NCBI RefSeq assembly: GCF_006345805.1
Contig: NC_042997.1
Span: 50,840,001-50,904,000 of the forward strand
DNA from: Octopus sinensis
Taxonomy: Eukaryota
Direction of reading: 5' to 3'
Length of the DNA: 64,000 nt
The first letter of the stretch is position 1; each line of letters opens with the position of its first letter. Under the pieces are notes generated by a model. It worked only from the letters and a program-made list of their open reading frames with translations. It had not been told where the DNA came from and searched no databases. A program made the translations under genes and the position numbers. Shown here in pieces: positions 37,771 to 51,489 of this stretch.

Positions 37771-39920
37771 TATACACCTTTTCCTTTCAACTCATGCTAA
37801 CCTTTACAGATGTTGTTTACCTCACTGTCTTCCATTTTCCATATCTGTTACCCCATACACTCTTGCAAACCCATACCCACTACTATTCACCTCATACCCT
37901 GAGGTTCCACTGAGTCATCTCATCATCACAATTTATCTCTGGAGAAACCACCATTTTATTCTCATTCTCTCCCCTAAATGTGAGTAGCCATGTACCTCCT
38001 CTACAAGAACCAGCCTCTTCTCTCATACATTAAACCCCATCTGACGTAAGGACACACTTCACCCTCCTTGGACAACCTCAGTAGTACCACCGGCACAAAA
38101 AATTAGCAACAAGTACACACTGTGAATTAGTTGGCATTAGAAAGGGCATCTAGCCATAGAAACTGTGCCAAAGCAGACACTGGAGCATAATGCAGTCCTT
38201 GGACCCATTTGGGTCCTTGTCAAACTGTCCAGAATAGAACATAGATGTTAAATGATGATTTTGAGGTGACGATGATATTGTCATTAAACACAGGCTAATA
38301 GGCTCTGCTAAGTCCCCGTACCATCTTACAGGACTATTTTGAGGCATTGAGGATATGTGGAATGAAAATCCAAATAATCTGTTGTAACCAGGCTTCTGGT
38401 GATGATCAAGAATTAGGGCTAAAACTTTCCAGACACCCACAAAATATATAACCAGAGCATGATCTACATAAAGACACACTCAATAGTATTTCAGCCATGA
38501 ACATTCTGTATTTTTCAACAGTAGCATGTAATTTGAGGGAAACTGTGCTGCTATTTCGAGCAGGGTGTGAGACCATGTAGATGCTTCATCCTTAGTGCAA
38601 TTGATAACAAAATTAGAAGAGATGTGGACAAAATATTTTTTATTCCTTCATGTTCAGATTCCAGTTTCCACCTAGGTCAACACTGCCTTTCATCTCCCCA
38701 GGAACACTAATATAATTATAAGCTTAGCACAGTGGTAGATTGAATTAAGATCCCTTCTAAAAAATTGTGGTCTTATGCATAGATCTGGCAGCAGCAGAAT
38801 TATTGAATCACCAAATATTGGGAATTCATACTCCAGGCAATAATAACTGCAAATTCCATTTTATAGTTAGACCTTGAGGTGGTAAAAAAAAAATTATTGG
38901 ATTTTATGGAAGAATATGAAGAGAATACTGCAAATGGGTGGGGACATCTCAATTCACCATTACCCATTCCATAGCTGAGTAAATATACATTAGAAAATCT
39001 ATCAAGGAATTAAAAACCTACTTCTAAATGTAAGATATAATGAAATTTGTAAAAGGTATTTCATAGATGCAGTACAGGTAAAAATGTGGATACTTCAGAC
39101 AAACAAACAGTCAGAATACAAATAAATTGGTATACATCTACAAGGTTTCTTATACTTCTGGTAACTGTTTTTTTTTTTTTTTGATGTGGTCAAAGGAGAA
39201 AGAATGCCATCCATAACCTCCAAGACATGTATGATAAAAAGAAGAAATAACTTGATGACCTCATTGTATTTGTTTAACTTCCATGGTACCACATAAAAAG
39301 CACCCATGCCAGTACCAAGTATAAAGCACCCATGCTAGTGCCACATAAAAAGCACCTAGTACGCTCTGTAAAGTGGTTGGCATTAGGAAGGACAACCCAT
39401 GCTAGCATGGAGAACGGACGTTAAACAATGATGATGATGATGATAATGATGATGATGATTCAGTCATAGAAACCATGCCAAAACAGACAATTGGAGCCTG
39501 GTGCAGATCTCTGGCTGATCAGCTTCTGTCAAACTGTCCAACCCATGCCAGCATGGAAAATAGACGTTAGATGATGATGATGATGATGATGTTGTTCCAT
39601 GCTGGCATAGGTTTAACAGTTCAACAGAATCCAACAAACCTGAGTGTTGAGTTAGTTTCCAGTGTCTGCTTTGACAAAGTTTCTCAGACTGGATGTCCTT
39701 CCAATCACCAATCACATCAGAGAGTGTAACTCAAAAGAGAGAAATGATGCAGACACATGCAGCAGAATGGTCTCTGCTAAATGCACAAAAAAAGCAAATT
39801 CAATGATGAGTATGTTTACTTTAGATATTCTTCAACGAAAGGATACATTGGTTAATGCAGTCCTAGATAAACTATGTCTGAAATAAAAAAAAAAAAAACA
39901 ATGACCACCCTTGATCATAG

Positions 39921-40206
39921 TGAAGGCACATGGCCTAGTGGTTAGAGCAGCAGAATTGTGGTCGAGGGATCGCGGGTTTGAATCTCAGACCGGGCGATGT
40001 GTGTGTTTATGAGCAAAACACCTAAGCTCCATGCAGCTCCGGCAGAAGGTAATGGCGAACTTCTGCTGACTCTTTTGCCACAACTTTCTCTCACTCTTTC
40101 CTCCTGCATCTTGCAGCTCACCTGCGACGGACCGGCATCCCGTCCAGGTTGGGGAACCTATACGCCAAGGAAACCGGCCCTTATGAGCCAGGCATGGCTC
40201 GAGAAG
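39921..40206 (+). mobile_element. tRNA-derived SINE with 8-bp TSD
   Basis: TGGCCTAGTGGTTAGAGC head; GATCATAG at 39913-39920 and 40207-40214. Confidence 0.8.
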
Positions 40207-40322
40207 GATCATAGGACAACATTAACACCTTTGAATACAGATGTGCACAAAGAGGGTTGACTTCAGTTAGGCAGCAAGAACAATTAATACATAACAATAT
40301 TATATAGTAATGTAAAAAAAAG

Positions 40323-40328
40323 TTTATT
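40323..40328 (-). promoter_or_regulatory. Candidate polyadenylation signal of LIG1
   Basis: AATAAA on the minus strand about 60 nt after the stop codon. Confidence 0.55.
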
Positions 40329-40385
40329 TAAAAAAAAACATACAGAAACAACATTCCTAAGTTACGGTTTTCTTTCTTTCTTTGT

Positions 40386-40472
40386 TCAATAGAAATCATC
40401 ATCTGTTGCTTTTGGGTCACTTTTGGCTTGTGTGTTCTTCACTTGCTCCTGGTTCCGATACATGTTAGCCAC
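40386..40472 (-). CDS. LIG1: DNA ligase 1, last coding exon
   Basis: ttctttag|VANMYRNQEQVKNTQAKSDPKATDDDFY*, phase 0. Confidence 0.9.
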   Translation of the reverse strand: MANMYRNQEQVKNTQAKSDPKATDDDFY

Positions 40473-40664
40473 CTAAAGAAAAAACAAACACATAAATCAT
40501 GGCAAACATTAGAAGACATGTGGGACTGAGTCTGATTAGATATAAGGATAGTTACTACGGAGATGTACGTACAATGAATCTATTCTGTCAAGCTCGGAAA
40601 GACAAGGCTAACGAAAGTCTTCTGAGTAGATTTGGTAAAATGGAAACTAAAAGAAGCTTGCCGC

Positions 40665-40702
<38 letters not shown>

Positions 40703-42769
40703 CAATTCTTCTTTGTCTCTTGCTTTTGCCTTCGTCTCTCTCTCTCTTTCCCTCTCTAACACTTTCCTCTGTATTGCTATGTCTCTCTGCCACTTCTTCT
40801 CTCTTTTCCCACTACCATGTGACCTGTGACCATTTTCATCTCTTTCTTCCATTTCCTTTTTTGCCTCACCTTTCACTCAATCAGTCACATTTCTCATCTC
40901 CTTTTCCACTTTCAACATGGTTCAATCAGGTTTTCCATCTGTCTCTTTCTTTTTTCCACTCCTATAGAACAGTTTCCATTTGTCTTTGTGCTATCCTATA
41001 TTTGTCCAGTCCTACAGCCACATGGCCTAATTGTGTTTCCATAATGTATAATTATTCTATTGTTCGTATATCCACATTTTGTTGTGTTTGTTTTCGTCAC
41101 TGTCTCATACATTCATTCACTCTTCCCAATGGCTTGTAGCTGCTTTTGCCACCAAAGTGAGCAATATTATCATTAAAGGCGTGAAATTGTTACGATCTTT
41201 TGGACGATAACTGACACGGAATGAGCAATGACCTATATGTGGATTTTCATTTTGTTGTGCTTCTATTTAAATGTTTTAAATGCGTGTGTGTGTGTGTACA
41301 TGCAAGTGAGTTTAAGAGTCTTCATATGTGTTTGAAACTCCTTGTCTTCACATCACAGCTGTAAACAAATATCAGTGCTACAACAAACAGGATGAGGTCA
41401 AATATCCGTCGAATGTAAATAATGAACATAATTCCTCATCTGTTAAATATAGAACTGACCTAAAAGGAATTTGAACTCAGAATGTAAAGATGGACAAAAA
41501 GCGGCCAAGCATTTTGCCCTGTGTGCTAAGGATTCTGCCAGTTTGCCAAATGAGAATTGCTTCTAATTCTGACACAAGGTCCAATAATTTTGAAGGGAGA
41601 AGTCAGTTGAAAACCTTGACCCTAGTATTTGACTTGAAAGAATAAAAAGCAAGGTCTGAACACAGACTGTAACATGCCACAGCAAAGACCACAAAGTACT
41701 TTGACCAATTCTTTTATTGATTTTTGCCAAACCCAATATAACATTTCCTTAAAAGGTTTCAAATCTTAGGGAAAGAGCAGTCAATTTTTCATCCCTAGTA
41801 CTCTACTTAATGATCCCTGCAAAGGTGAAAGATAAAAACTTACCGTATTGGCAATTGAACTCAGAATGTAAAGAGTTGAAACTAAAATACCACACTGCAT
41901 TCTTGCTGGCACTCTTAACAGTTTTACCAACCCACTGTTCTTATAATAATTAACTCCACCAGCATACCAATGAAAATACATAATGTCGAAAGCAGAAGTC
42001 GAAAATATTTTCAAGGAGAAAATAAATAAATTGTTGTTGTTGTTGTTTTTCAGAATTGAGACAAAAACTAATTATTTGGGTTAGAAATATCCCAGAGAGA
42101 ATCAACTTTATATTTTTAGCATGAGTTGTAAAAAGAGAAGGCTATTTATAGTTACACTTCGAGACCAACAACTCTCCACGCTAGTTAACCAGCATATCTA
42201 GTCCAATATTACCACTTCAACAACACAGCTACCAAACCATAAGAGATAAATGATAACTATATAAATATCTAAGACATGTTTGCTAATATGATCGTTTGTT
42301 TGCTGTTGTTGTTTAGCCACAGGTTAGCCAAAAATACATTCCAGCAATGTCCATCCTATTGTTATTGTTATTACTTTTTTTTTTTTGTTTCTGCATCATA
42401 TGTCTAATTCTATGTTGTTCTATGGAGCTGAAGATATCTTTTTAAAGACGCTGAAAATGTGATTTAACCCTTTCGATGGCAACCTGTCAGAGACTGTTTT
42501 TGATTTGATGATACAAATTTCATGTTTTAAAAGGGATCTACATTGAAACCTTACATTGGAATTCCGCGTCAGTCTATGTTCCAAACACTAGCTTAATAAT
42601 GACAAAGATATTTTACTAAATTTTTCATTATTTCCAAAATTAATTGAAATAGGCCATGTACTTCGACAGAAATATTCCAACAGAAGGGTTTAAAGAAATT
42701 TGGCTACTGTTTCTATTAGGTCATTAGGCTATGGCCATGCTAGGGCACCACCTTGAAAAATTTTTAGAT

Positions 42770-43112
42770 ATCCTATGACTGGCACCCAGCAGTTGCCAGG
42801 GCTGCTGGACTGACTCCTGTGCAGGTGGCAAGTAAAGAAACACCGTTTTGACCCTGTGCTTGAGGAGATCCATTGAGTCAAGGACACCAACATCAAAGTT
42901 CAATGGAAACTGCAGTCGTGATCCCTGTGCCGGTGGCATGTAAAAAGCACCCACTACACTCTCGGAGTGGTTGGCGTTAGGAAGGGCATCCAGCTGTAGA
43001 AACACTGCCAGATCAGATTGAGCCTGGTGCAGCCATCTGGCTTCCCAGATCCCCGGTCGAACTTTCCAACCCATGCTAGCAGGGAAAACGGACGTTAAAC
43101 GATGATGATGAT
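42770..43112 (+). mobile_element. SINE/LINE-tail family D ending GGACGTTAAAC(GAT)n
   Basis: GTGGTTGGCGTTAGGAAGGGCATCCAGC...CCCATGCTAGC...GGACGTTAAACGATGATG. Copies at about 39290-39590, 50283-50512, 50765-50960, 56990-57303, 61620-62010, 62500-62978, 63205-63490(-), often with internal tandem GTGGCACGTAAAAAGCAC units. Confidence 0.85.
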
Positions 43113-44464
43113 GAATGAATTGACCCCAATACTTATTTTTTTAAAACCTAGTACTGATTCTATTGATCTATTTTACCAAACCACTAGGTTATGGGGAACA
43201 TAAACACACCAAAAGCTGTTGGAAAGCGGTGGTGGGGGACGAACATACACACACACACATGATGGGCTTCTTCCAGTTTCAGTCTACCAAATCCACTCAC
43301 GAAGCTTGCCCAAGGTGCCACACAGTGGGACTGAACCCAGAACCATGTGGTTGGGAAGCAACTTCTTACCACAAAGCCATGCCTTTGTCTATGCAGAAGA
43401 TTCCTCATTGGCATGTTTTCTTTTTGCATTTTTCAAAGATCAAGCACTTTAAACAAATAATATTCCAGTCTTGACTAGGCAATCCTTTTAAGGGTATCAA
43501 GCACTACACTATTCTAATGTGTTCTTCTCTTCTTTTAAGATAGCAAGGAATTGTACGTTGAGGGAATTTAGTTGCTATTCACAACAGGACAAGCAACCAT
43601 GTAGAGGCACTGTATGTGCTATGCTCCCTTTTGTTTAAGTCTTCTATTTTACTTCTATTTCCAAAAGAAACTATGTCACTTACAAAGCTAATATTCTTTG
43701 GAAAGATCTGTCCCCCATCATACCCACAGATGAATAGGCTTAATATTAATTTCAGTGTGTAATTATTTAACCAAGTATCCAGTATATATTGTTGCTGTTT
43801 TAGCCCCAGGTGAGTTGTGTGAGAGCAAACCTATGATCAAAGATTTTACAGCTTTGATTAGCCTGTATTCTTGTGCGTCTGAGGGAGAATTAACTATCTT
43901 TTGAAGGCGGTCAAACACCATGTTCGGGATTTCCCACAGCTTGATATCCAGTATATATTGTTGTTTAATGCCAGGTCATCGCTAATTGAACACACTTATG
44001 ATCAAAGACAGACCACCCTTAACTAACAGCATACCTTGGACTATATTATACAATATGACTTATTTTCTTTCTAAGATGGTAAGGTGCGATCTGAAAGAGA
44101 CCGGGTAGAGGTAGAGAGAAAGAGAAAGGTTTAGCTGGCCTACCATATAAAGTCTTCTTTCCATGTTTCAATATCTGGAAAGAATCTGAAGGTACACCTA
44201 AGAACTCTCACAGAAATTCTAGTCCCAATCTTTGACAGCCATGTATTTCTGCAGTTTGTCTGGACTCAATAACTGTATGCATGCAATCTGATACTATATT
44301 TTCTCAGCTATTCTATTTCTATTTTATATAACATCATGTGTGATACATACGATATAGTACAATGATATGCATCACACACATGATACATATGTCCTTTGAT
44401 CTGATAACTAGAAAAATATAGGTTACAATAATTTACAGGCATTACTAGAAACTACAATTAGACT

Positions 44465-44806
44465 TACGGAGATGTACTTGCATAGCAAGTGACCTGATCT
44501 GAGATCGTGTGCTGAAACAAAAACAATTGCAGTGTGGAGGGTGTTTATAAGCCATTTAAAAACACACAAAACCGTTAGATTCACTTCAACGTTTAAATTT
44601 AATTTGTCAAACTATTTTCGTCGCTCTGAAACTATGACCTGTTCACTGACAAATTCCGTGATGCAGCACAGAATTTTGTCAGTGAACAGGTCATAGTTTC
44701 AGAGCGACGAAAATAGTTTGACAAATTAAATATAAATGTTGAAGTGAACCTAACGGTTTTGTGTGTTTTTAAATGGCTTATAAACACCTTCCATGCAGCA
44801 GTTGTT
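44465..44806. mobile_element. Fold-back insertion with a hammerhead-like motif on each arm and a 12-bp TSD
   Basis: 44521-44655 is inverted against about 44672-44807. TACAATTAGACT at 44453-44464 and 44807-44818. Confidence 0.8.
44675..44725 (+). ncRNA. Hammerhead-like motif with G3-C8 core (mirror copy on - strand at 44603-44653)
   Basis: TTTGTCA GTGAACA G GTC atagtttcagagc GAC GAA AATAGT T TGACAAA. Confidence 0.5.
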
Positions 44807-45279
44807 TACAATTAGACTGTGATCTCTAAACAATCTCCAATAATCCTTTAACTCTTAGACTAATCATCAGCTCAAAGACCTTAATTGTTATTACCCACCC
44901 TAGACCAAACTTCACCCAATTCTTTCTCCTCATTGGAATTCTCTCCCTTGTTCATGCTTTTCTTGAAGACATCATCTTACAGATACTGAAACTGAACATC
45001 AACTATCAACCCCAGACATCTTCAAGGCCTTCTCAGGTCCTTCAAGACTAACCCCCTTTAAGACTAAATTATTATTAAAAAGTAAAATTTTTTTTTTTTG
45101 TAAATGCCATAAAATTTTTCATTAGTTAAAAATTCTTGCAGCATGTCAGTATATTGTTAAAAATTACTGAAATGAATTTCTAAACAAAGTCACACAACAG
45201 CAATACTTAAGGACAGAACCTTTCTTTCCATTCTAGAACCTAATAAATTATCTCATAAAATACTTTACACCCCTTTTAA

Positions 45280-45500
45280 CCCTTTCGTTGCTAACCCGGC
45301 TGAAACTGGCTCTGGCTCTGTAATACAAATGTCTTGTTTTCATAAGTTTTAAATTAAAATCTTCCACTAAACCTTAGTCACAATTTATGTTCCTAACACT
45401 AGCTGAATAATAACTAAGTTATTTTAATAGATTCTTTGTTATATTTAAAGTAATTGAAAGAAACACAGAGAATCTCAAAATAAATGCAGTAACGAAAGGG
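45280..45500. mobile_element. piggyBac-like MITE (TTAA target)
   Basis: TTAA|CCCTTTCGTT...AACGAAAGGG|TTAA. Diverged relatives at about 42468-42690 and 45507-46012. Confidence 0.85.
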
Positions 45501-48500
45501 TTAATAGCCTTTTGATACCAACACCCCTGATTCAACGATACAAACCTACTGTTTAAAGTAACCTAAATGACAACCTTCCATCAAAATTTTATGATGATGT
45601 TCCAGATATCATCTTAATGAAGTTATTTTACTAAATTCATCACTATTTCAAAAATTAAGTGACTTAAAGGCAGCATGCCTGGCTCAGTGGTTAGAGCGTC
45701 AGGCTCACAATCATGAGGTAGTGAGTTCGATTCCTGGACCAGGCTGTGTGTTGTGTTCTTGAGCAAGACACTTTATTTCATGCTGTTCCAAATCCCTCAG
45801 GTGCAGAAATGAGTTGCGATGTCACTGGTGCCAAGCTGTATCGGCCCCTATGCCTTTCCCTCGGATAACACTGGTGGCATAGAGAGGGGAGGCAATGGGT
45901 GACAGCTGGTCTTCCATAAACAACCTTGCCTGGACTTGTGCTTTGGAGGGTAACTTTCTAGGTCTTTACATCTTTACTGCTATTTCAACAGAAATATGGT
46001 AAAAAAAGGGTTACAGCTTACACCGAAAATCCATATTAGTCTATGTTCCAAACACTATATAAACTGCTTGGCAGATATAGAATAGTAAAAATTATAAACA
46101 GGGGTGTAAGCTGGGTCAGGTAAGCTATTTAAAACCTAAAAACAGAAACGAGTCCCATCCTTCTCTCAGCATCAATGAATAGAATTTATATTTTGGGAAT
46201 AACCAGACAGAAATGGAATTTCGACCAGGCAAGCAACAAACAATGCAATCATTTCTATAATTATCATATGACAACAGCATAAAACACTTTCAGACTGTAA
46301 ACAATTTCATTGATAAACTGAACAATGTGTATTAATAAACTGCTTAGATGTTAATGTAAGAGATACTTAACCACAATGCAGTAGAATGCCTATCATTACG
46401 TCTTCTCAAATTAGACACTCCTGTAATTTGTTTGGGATTTCTTTTCTATGCTTTTATTTCCACAAACTTATCCATCAGACACTTAACAGTAACAGGTTAC
46501 ACTATTCTATTACCGTCCAAAACAGCTGACGTGTCCCATCTCAGTTCAGTGTTTGCCATGGGAAATAACTCCAGGAATCAAATTATGAATTATGGCTTAA
46601 TCTGACTTTAGCAATACTACTTAAAATCTGATTCTTTTCCATTTTTTTTACATATTTACTAGTGAGCTGATTTTCTTAAAACAATTTGCTGTACCAAAAT
46701 TAACAAACCTGTATATGGTCACTCAACCCGCTGGAAACAACCAAATATTTCTCACATCACACTCTACAAGATGGACAAGGCAAAACAACAGGGTAATCAA
46801 TTCTGAAATACAGTATCTCTGAATGAAATGTAGCAGGGATACAGGTGGAATCATTATCATTTTTTCTTCTTCACAACCATCAGAGCAAGAAGCACTGCTC
46901 ACAAACGCAGGTTCATGAGACGGTTGTGATTTGTCAACAGTTTTGAGTAGAAACTGGAAGAAGAAGTATGCACATGCAATGCGCATGTGCATACTGGATT
47001 CATAAAACAAAAGAGAAGAATAAAAATGCAATAAAATATAAATCTAAGTTGTATGCTGGTCTGCATGCCACGTCTGACACCACTATCATGCAGCTTTGCT
47101 GCAATTTTCTTGTTGTTCCACTTTCCATGCTGCCATGGAATTCAACATGATCCAATGAGATGGAGGACTGCATCATGCTCCAATATCTCAGTTTTGGAAT
47201 GGTTCCTATAACTGGATACCCTTTGCAATGCCAACCACTTTATAGAGTGTACCACATGCTTTTGTGCCAGACCAACACTAGCAAGATTTCATTGTAACTT
47301 GCAAAATGAAAGAGCCCCCTTCAACTGAAAAGGGAACAGAAGAAAGAGAGCATGATAATTTGCAGCAAGGTGATGAGACGATGACCTGATCAAGTTTGGC
47401 CCAAGGTTAAACAACATACAATCAAAAATAATCAGGAAGAAATATTGAATGAAATCAATTGATCAGTCAGGCAAACTGGACCAAACAGAAGGGTGACCAG
47501 GAGTACAACACCTAAACCTCACAATCTCAAATCAGAAAGATACACAGATAGTGCCTCCACTACCATATATAGATCTGCTTTCCATGCTGACATGGGTTGG
47601 ATGGGTTGCCATGGATGGAGTCAGAACATGTTAAGTTAAGGAGTAGATTGGTGGGTTTCTGTTGACTTACATAGATCAGATTTCTACATCTTGCTCATGT
47701 TTCACTTTTGGCTTCATTTCTACATCTGGACGGATACCCTTCCTAACACCAACCACTTTACAGAGTGTACTGGGTGTTCTTCTTGTGGTTCCAGTTCAAT
47801 AAAAACCTATCTTAAACTGAACGCAAAGCAGATGTTTGGGTATGGATAGAAATAGCATCTCTTTGATTGAAATGTTTATGTCCATTGAGCATGACAAATC
47901 AATCAGAATGCAAATTGTTACTGTTGTTGCTCATGCTGTCAGAGCATGTTAATTTGATCTCTGCAAGATAAGATCTACTAACTAGTTTTAAATGTAGGAA
48001 ATTTCTATTTTATTTCTACAGCAGAAGAAAGTTAAATTATAATTTATCATAATATTTGCCCTTTTAAGTAATCTATTTAAAATTCCCAAATCAGCAACTC
48101 ATAAACTGCTTGAATAAACAGCTAATTATAACGTGTGATAGTTTATGCCCCTCTACCTCATTCTAAAAGAAAGTCAATAGATTCAAATTCAAATAAATAC
48201 CAAAATTTGATGGAAGTGTTGCTGGTCTGTGATAGCAAATATTATTTAGAAAAAAGTTCACAGACGTCTTTTATCAGAGAAGGCCTTTTACTTAAAGCAT
48301 CAATGTGGCACAGAAACTCGTCCAACCTTCAAAAGAGTGTTGTAATTTACTTGAAGCATTTTGGTACAGAAATAAAATAACAAATAATAAAGACAGACAT
48401 CTTCTTACAATGTGAAAAGGGATTGTTAAAAAAAGGTTACTTAACCTTCCCTTTTTGCATCGTTAGAAGCTCTTCATCTTCGTTATTTTACTTTATTTCT

Positions 48501-49235
48501 CTAAACTTCACTAATTAGTCAAACTCAGTGTATCATTATTTCGATTAGAAATCATTATTTAAGGCATCATTATAATTATTATCTTTTATCTGTTACTTGT
48601 TTCAGTCTTTGGACTTCGGCCATGCTGGAGCCTGATCTTTAAGGGTTTAGTAAAATAAATCATCCCTAGTACTTCTTTCTTATTTTTAAAGCCTGGTACT
48701 TATTCTATTGGTCTCTTTTCCAAAGCACTAAGTTACAGGAATGTAAACAAACCAATACCAGTTGTGTTGAATGGTAGGACACAAAGACCCTCACATACAT
48801 ACGATGGGTTTCTTTCAGTTTCTGTTGCCTAAATCCACTGACAAGGCTTTGGTCAGCCTAGTGCTGTTTTAGACGACACTTATTCAAGGTGCCATGCAGG
48901 TGTCTGTGGAGTGCTCAACAACATGCATGTTAATTTCATGAGCAAGTTATTCCGTTGATTGGCTCAACTGGAACCCTCATCATTGCAACTTATACAGATA
49001 TACAATCAAGTAGGTCAGTAGGATAAGAGAAAGGAATGAAGAGAAACAGAACATGGTGAGAGAGAGAGAAACAGGTGATGAAGAGAGAGATATAGAGAAA
49101 GAAGAGAGACAAAGAGAGAAAGAAAGAGAAAAAATAGAGAATGGGCATGGGGACGAAAACGAAGACAAGAAAAGGGAACCAAGATGTCACTGAAACATTG
49201 AATCAAAAGGCAAGGAAGAATCTTTCTTGAAATAC

Positions 49236-49328
49236 CTGAGTTGCAGATGTAGCTTCTTCTGGTTTTTTGTCATCTCGGATTCGAAGAAATCGTGGAAACC
49301 GAAGTGAGATACCTTTCTCAGAATCAAC
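49236..49328 (-). CDS. LIG1: DNA ligase 1 exon (motif VI)
   Basis: [35 protein letters not shown] bounded, 93 nt. Confidence 0.97.
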
Positions 49329-50993
49329 CTGAAAATAAAATGAACCAAAAGAATTTTAACTGATGTAATCTGATCCAGTATGTTACTATACAACATGTTC
49401 GTAGATTCAATATATCAACAACATCCCAATAAATTTTAAGGGAAATTGACAAAGTTGAAACATTATGAGTCAAAAGAGTTGTGGTTTCTAAATAAAGTCT
49501 TTAACTCAGAATTGTACTGGGGATGCAATATGAACAATAGCTAAGAAACTTCTCTCTTAAACTGCACAATCTACCTATATGTAAATAGATACAGAAGCCA
49601 AGTACATCCCCTGCAATTGAGTACCAAAGACATAATATATTTGAGGCCATGTTTCAGTCAAGGCCTCAAAAAATTTACAACAGATAGAAAGTAGTTGAGT
49701 GAAACATAGAAAAGTTAGCAGAAAATTATACAAATAATTTGGATGTGATACAAATTGACATGGTAACACAGATGTCTTTTATTTAATGAAGTAACTACTT
49801 CAAAAGAGGTTATTGACTAAGAGAATGCCTTTAAGATTCTACACTCTATTTTGGGCATGTTTTAGTCCTTCCTATTACTGATCACTATATAAAAGGTATT
49901 GAGTGCAGTTTATTGTGACATCAGCACTGGAAAACCTGTCATGTCTCAGGCATGACCAAAGACTACTTTACACTGATTCTCTTCGCCAACCAACTTATAG
50001 AATCTACTGACATCCTTCTCCTTTTTACCCCATGTTGAGTCCATTCATTTGTTCAACAGGAAGGGGCATTATACTGCTCATCTCCCATCATTACTCTTTT
50101 CTCTGAAAGAGTAAATGATGCGAGAATAGCAGTATAATGAAAAATTATTATAAACACAATGCCTGAGACAGACTCATATATAGATATTATGCATTCCATT
50201 CTCCGGCATCATTTAAAAGACAAGGAGGATCCAATCATAGACAAACCAGCAGGGGACATATAATTTGGATATTCCAGTTGCCTTACTGGCACGCGAAAAG
50301 ACATTCGAGTGAGGTCGTTGCCAGTACTGCCTGAGTGGCCCCTGTGCCAGTGGCACGTAAAAGCACCCCTACACTCTCAGAGTGGTTGGCATTAGGAAGG
50401 GCATCCAGCTGTAGAAACTCTGCCAGATCAAGATTGGAGCCTGGTGCAGCCTCAGTCAAATCATTCAACCCATGCTAGCATGGAAAGTGGACGTTAAACG
50501 ATGATGATGATGAAATGGGGTAATTCATTAAATGTGCCAACTTTACTTTAGTGTCAGCAGTTAGGTCAAAACTAATACAGAATCAATTAAGAGATTTCCA
50601 CTTGCTCTATGTAGCTTCAAAGCTCTGCAACAAAATTTGCTGCTAGTTCCATCTCCCTGTCTAGCATTAGTGGAATATCTATCCCTATCTCCTCCTCAAG
50701 TACATGGAAAAAATATTTGGAAAGAATCTACAGAAACAGTGAATGTTATGAAATTTTAATAAAAAAGGTGCCACATAAAAGGGATTGGTGATGGTGCCAT
50801 GTAAAAAGCTGGCATTAGGAAAGGCTTCCAGCTGTAGAAAGCATGCCAAAACAGACTATGGAACCTGGTGCAGCCCCCGACGCCTTGCCAGCTCCTGTCA
50901 AACCGTCCAACACCTGCCAGCAGGGAAAACGGACTTATATGCTTATGATGATGATGATGTAAAATCAATTAAAAGCAAAAATGGATACAATAC

Positions 50994-51191
50994 CTGACCA
51001 GAAGCTGCTTTGTGGACAGGAGAAATCGACAAATCAGCAGCTTTTACTTCCCACACTTGGACTGATTCAAACCAATGATCAGGTTGCATGCTAGAATCAT
51101 ATCTGTAATAGGGCTTTGCTGTTTCTATCAGATGATCTTTAAAGAAATTTGTATGCTTCTCCAGGTCTTCATCTTTGAAACCAGTACCCAA
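50994..51191 (-). CDS. LIG1: DNA ligase 1 exon (OB-fold)
   Basis: [10 protein letters not shown]...[30 protein letters not shown], 198 nt, AG/GT bounded. Confidence 0.97.
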
Positions 51192-51489
51192 CTATTAAAA
51201 AAAGAATATGAAACATTTATTTTGCTTTCGAAACTTCATCAAGAGTAATCTCCCTTAGCATTCGAAACGTCACTCTTAACCACGATAAGAATATGAAATT
51301 TAGTGTATTCTAATTTTGAAATTAAATATTTTGTTAAATATAAAACAAGATTAACAACAGAGTAGAAAGAAAGCGGAATCTATTTCGCCTGTGAGAAAAA
51401 AGAAAAAAAAATTTTTAACAAAACACAATTTATAAATTAGTTTCTGGTTAGTAATTAATTACTAACTACCTAATCCTGCTCTTACATAT

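Noticed and set aside
51226-51277. Hammerhead-like fragments near a LIG1 acceptor (AAGAGT...GAAACGTC ACTCTT; TTGATGA..GAAA on the minus strand)
   Set aside because: The plus-strand version lacks the CUGANGA half and the minus-strand version lacks stems I and III.
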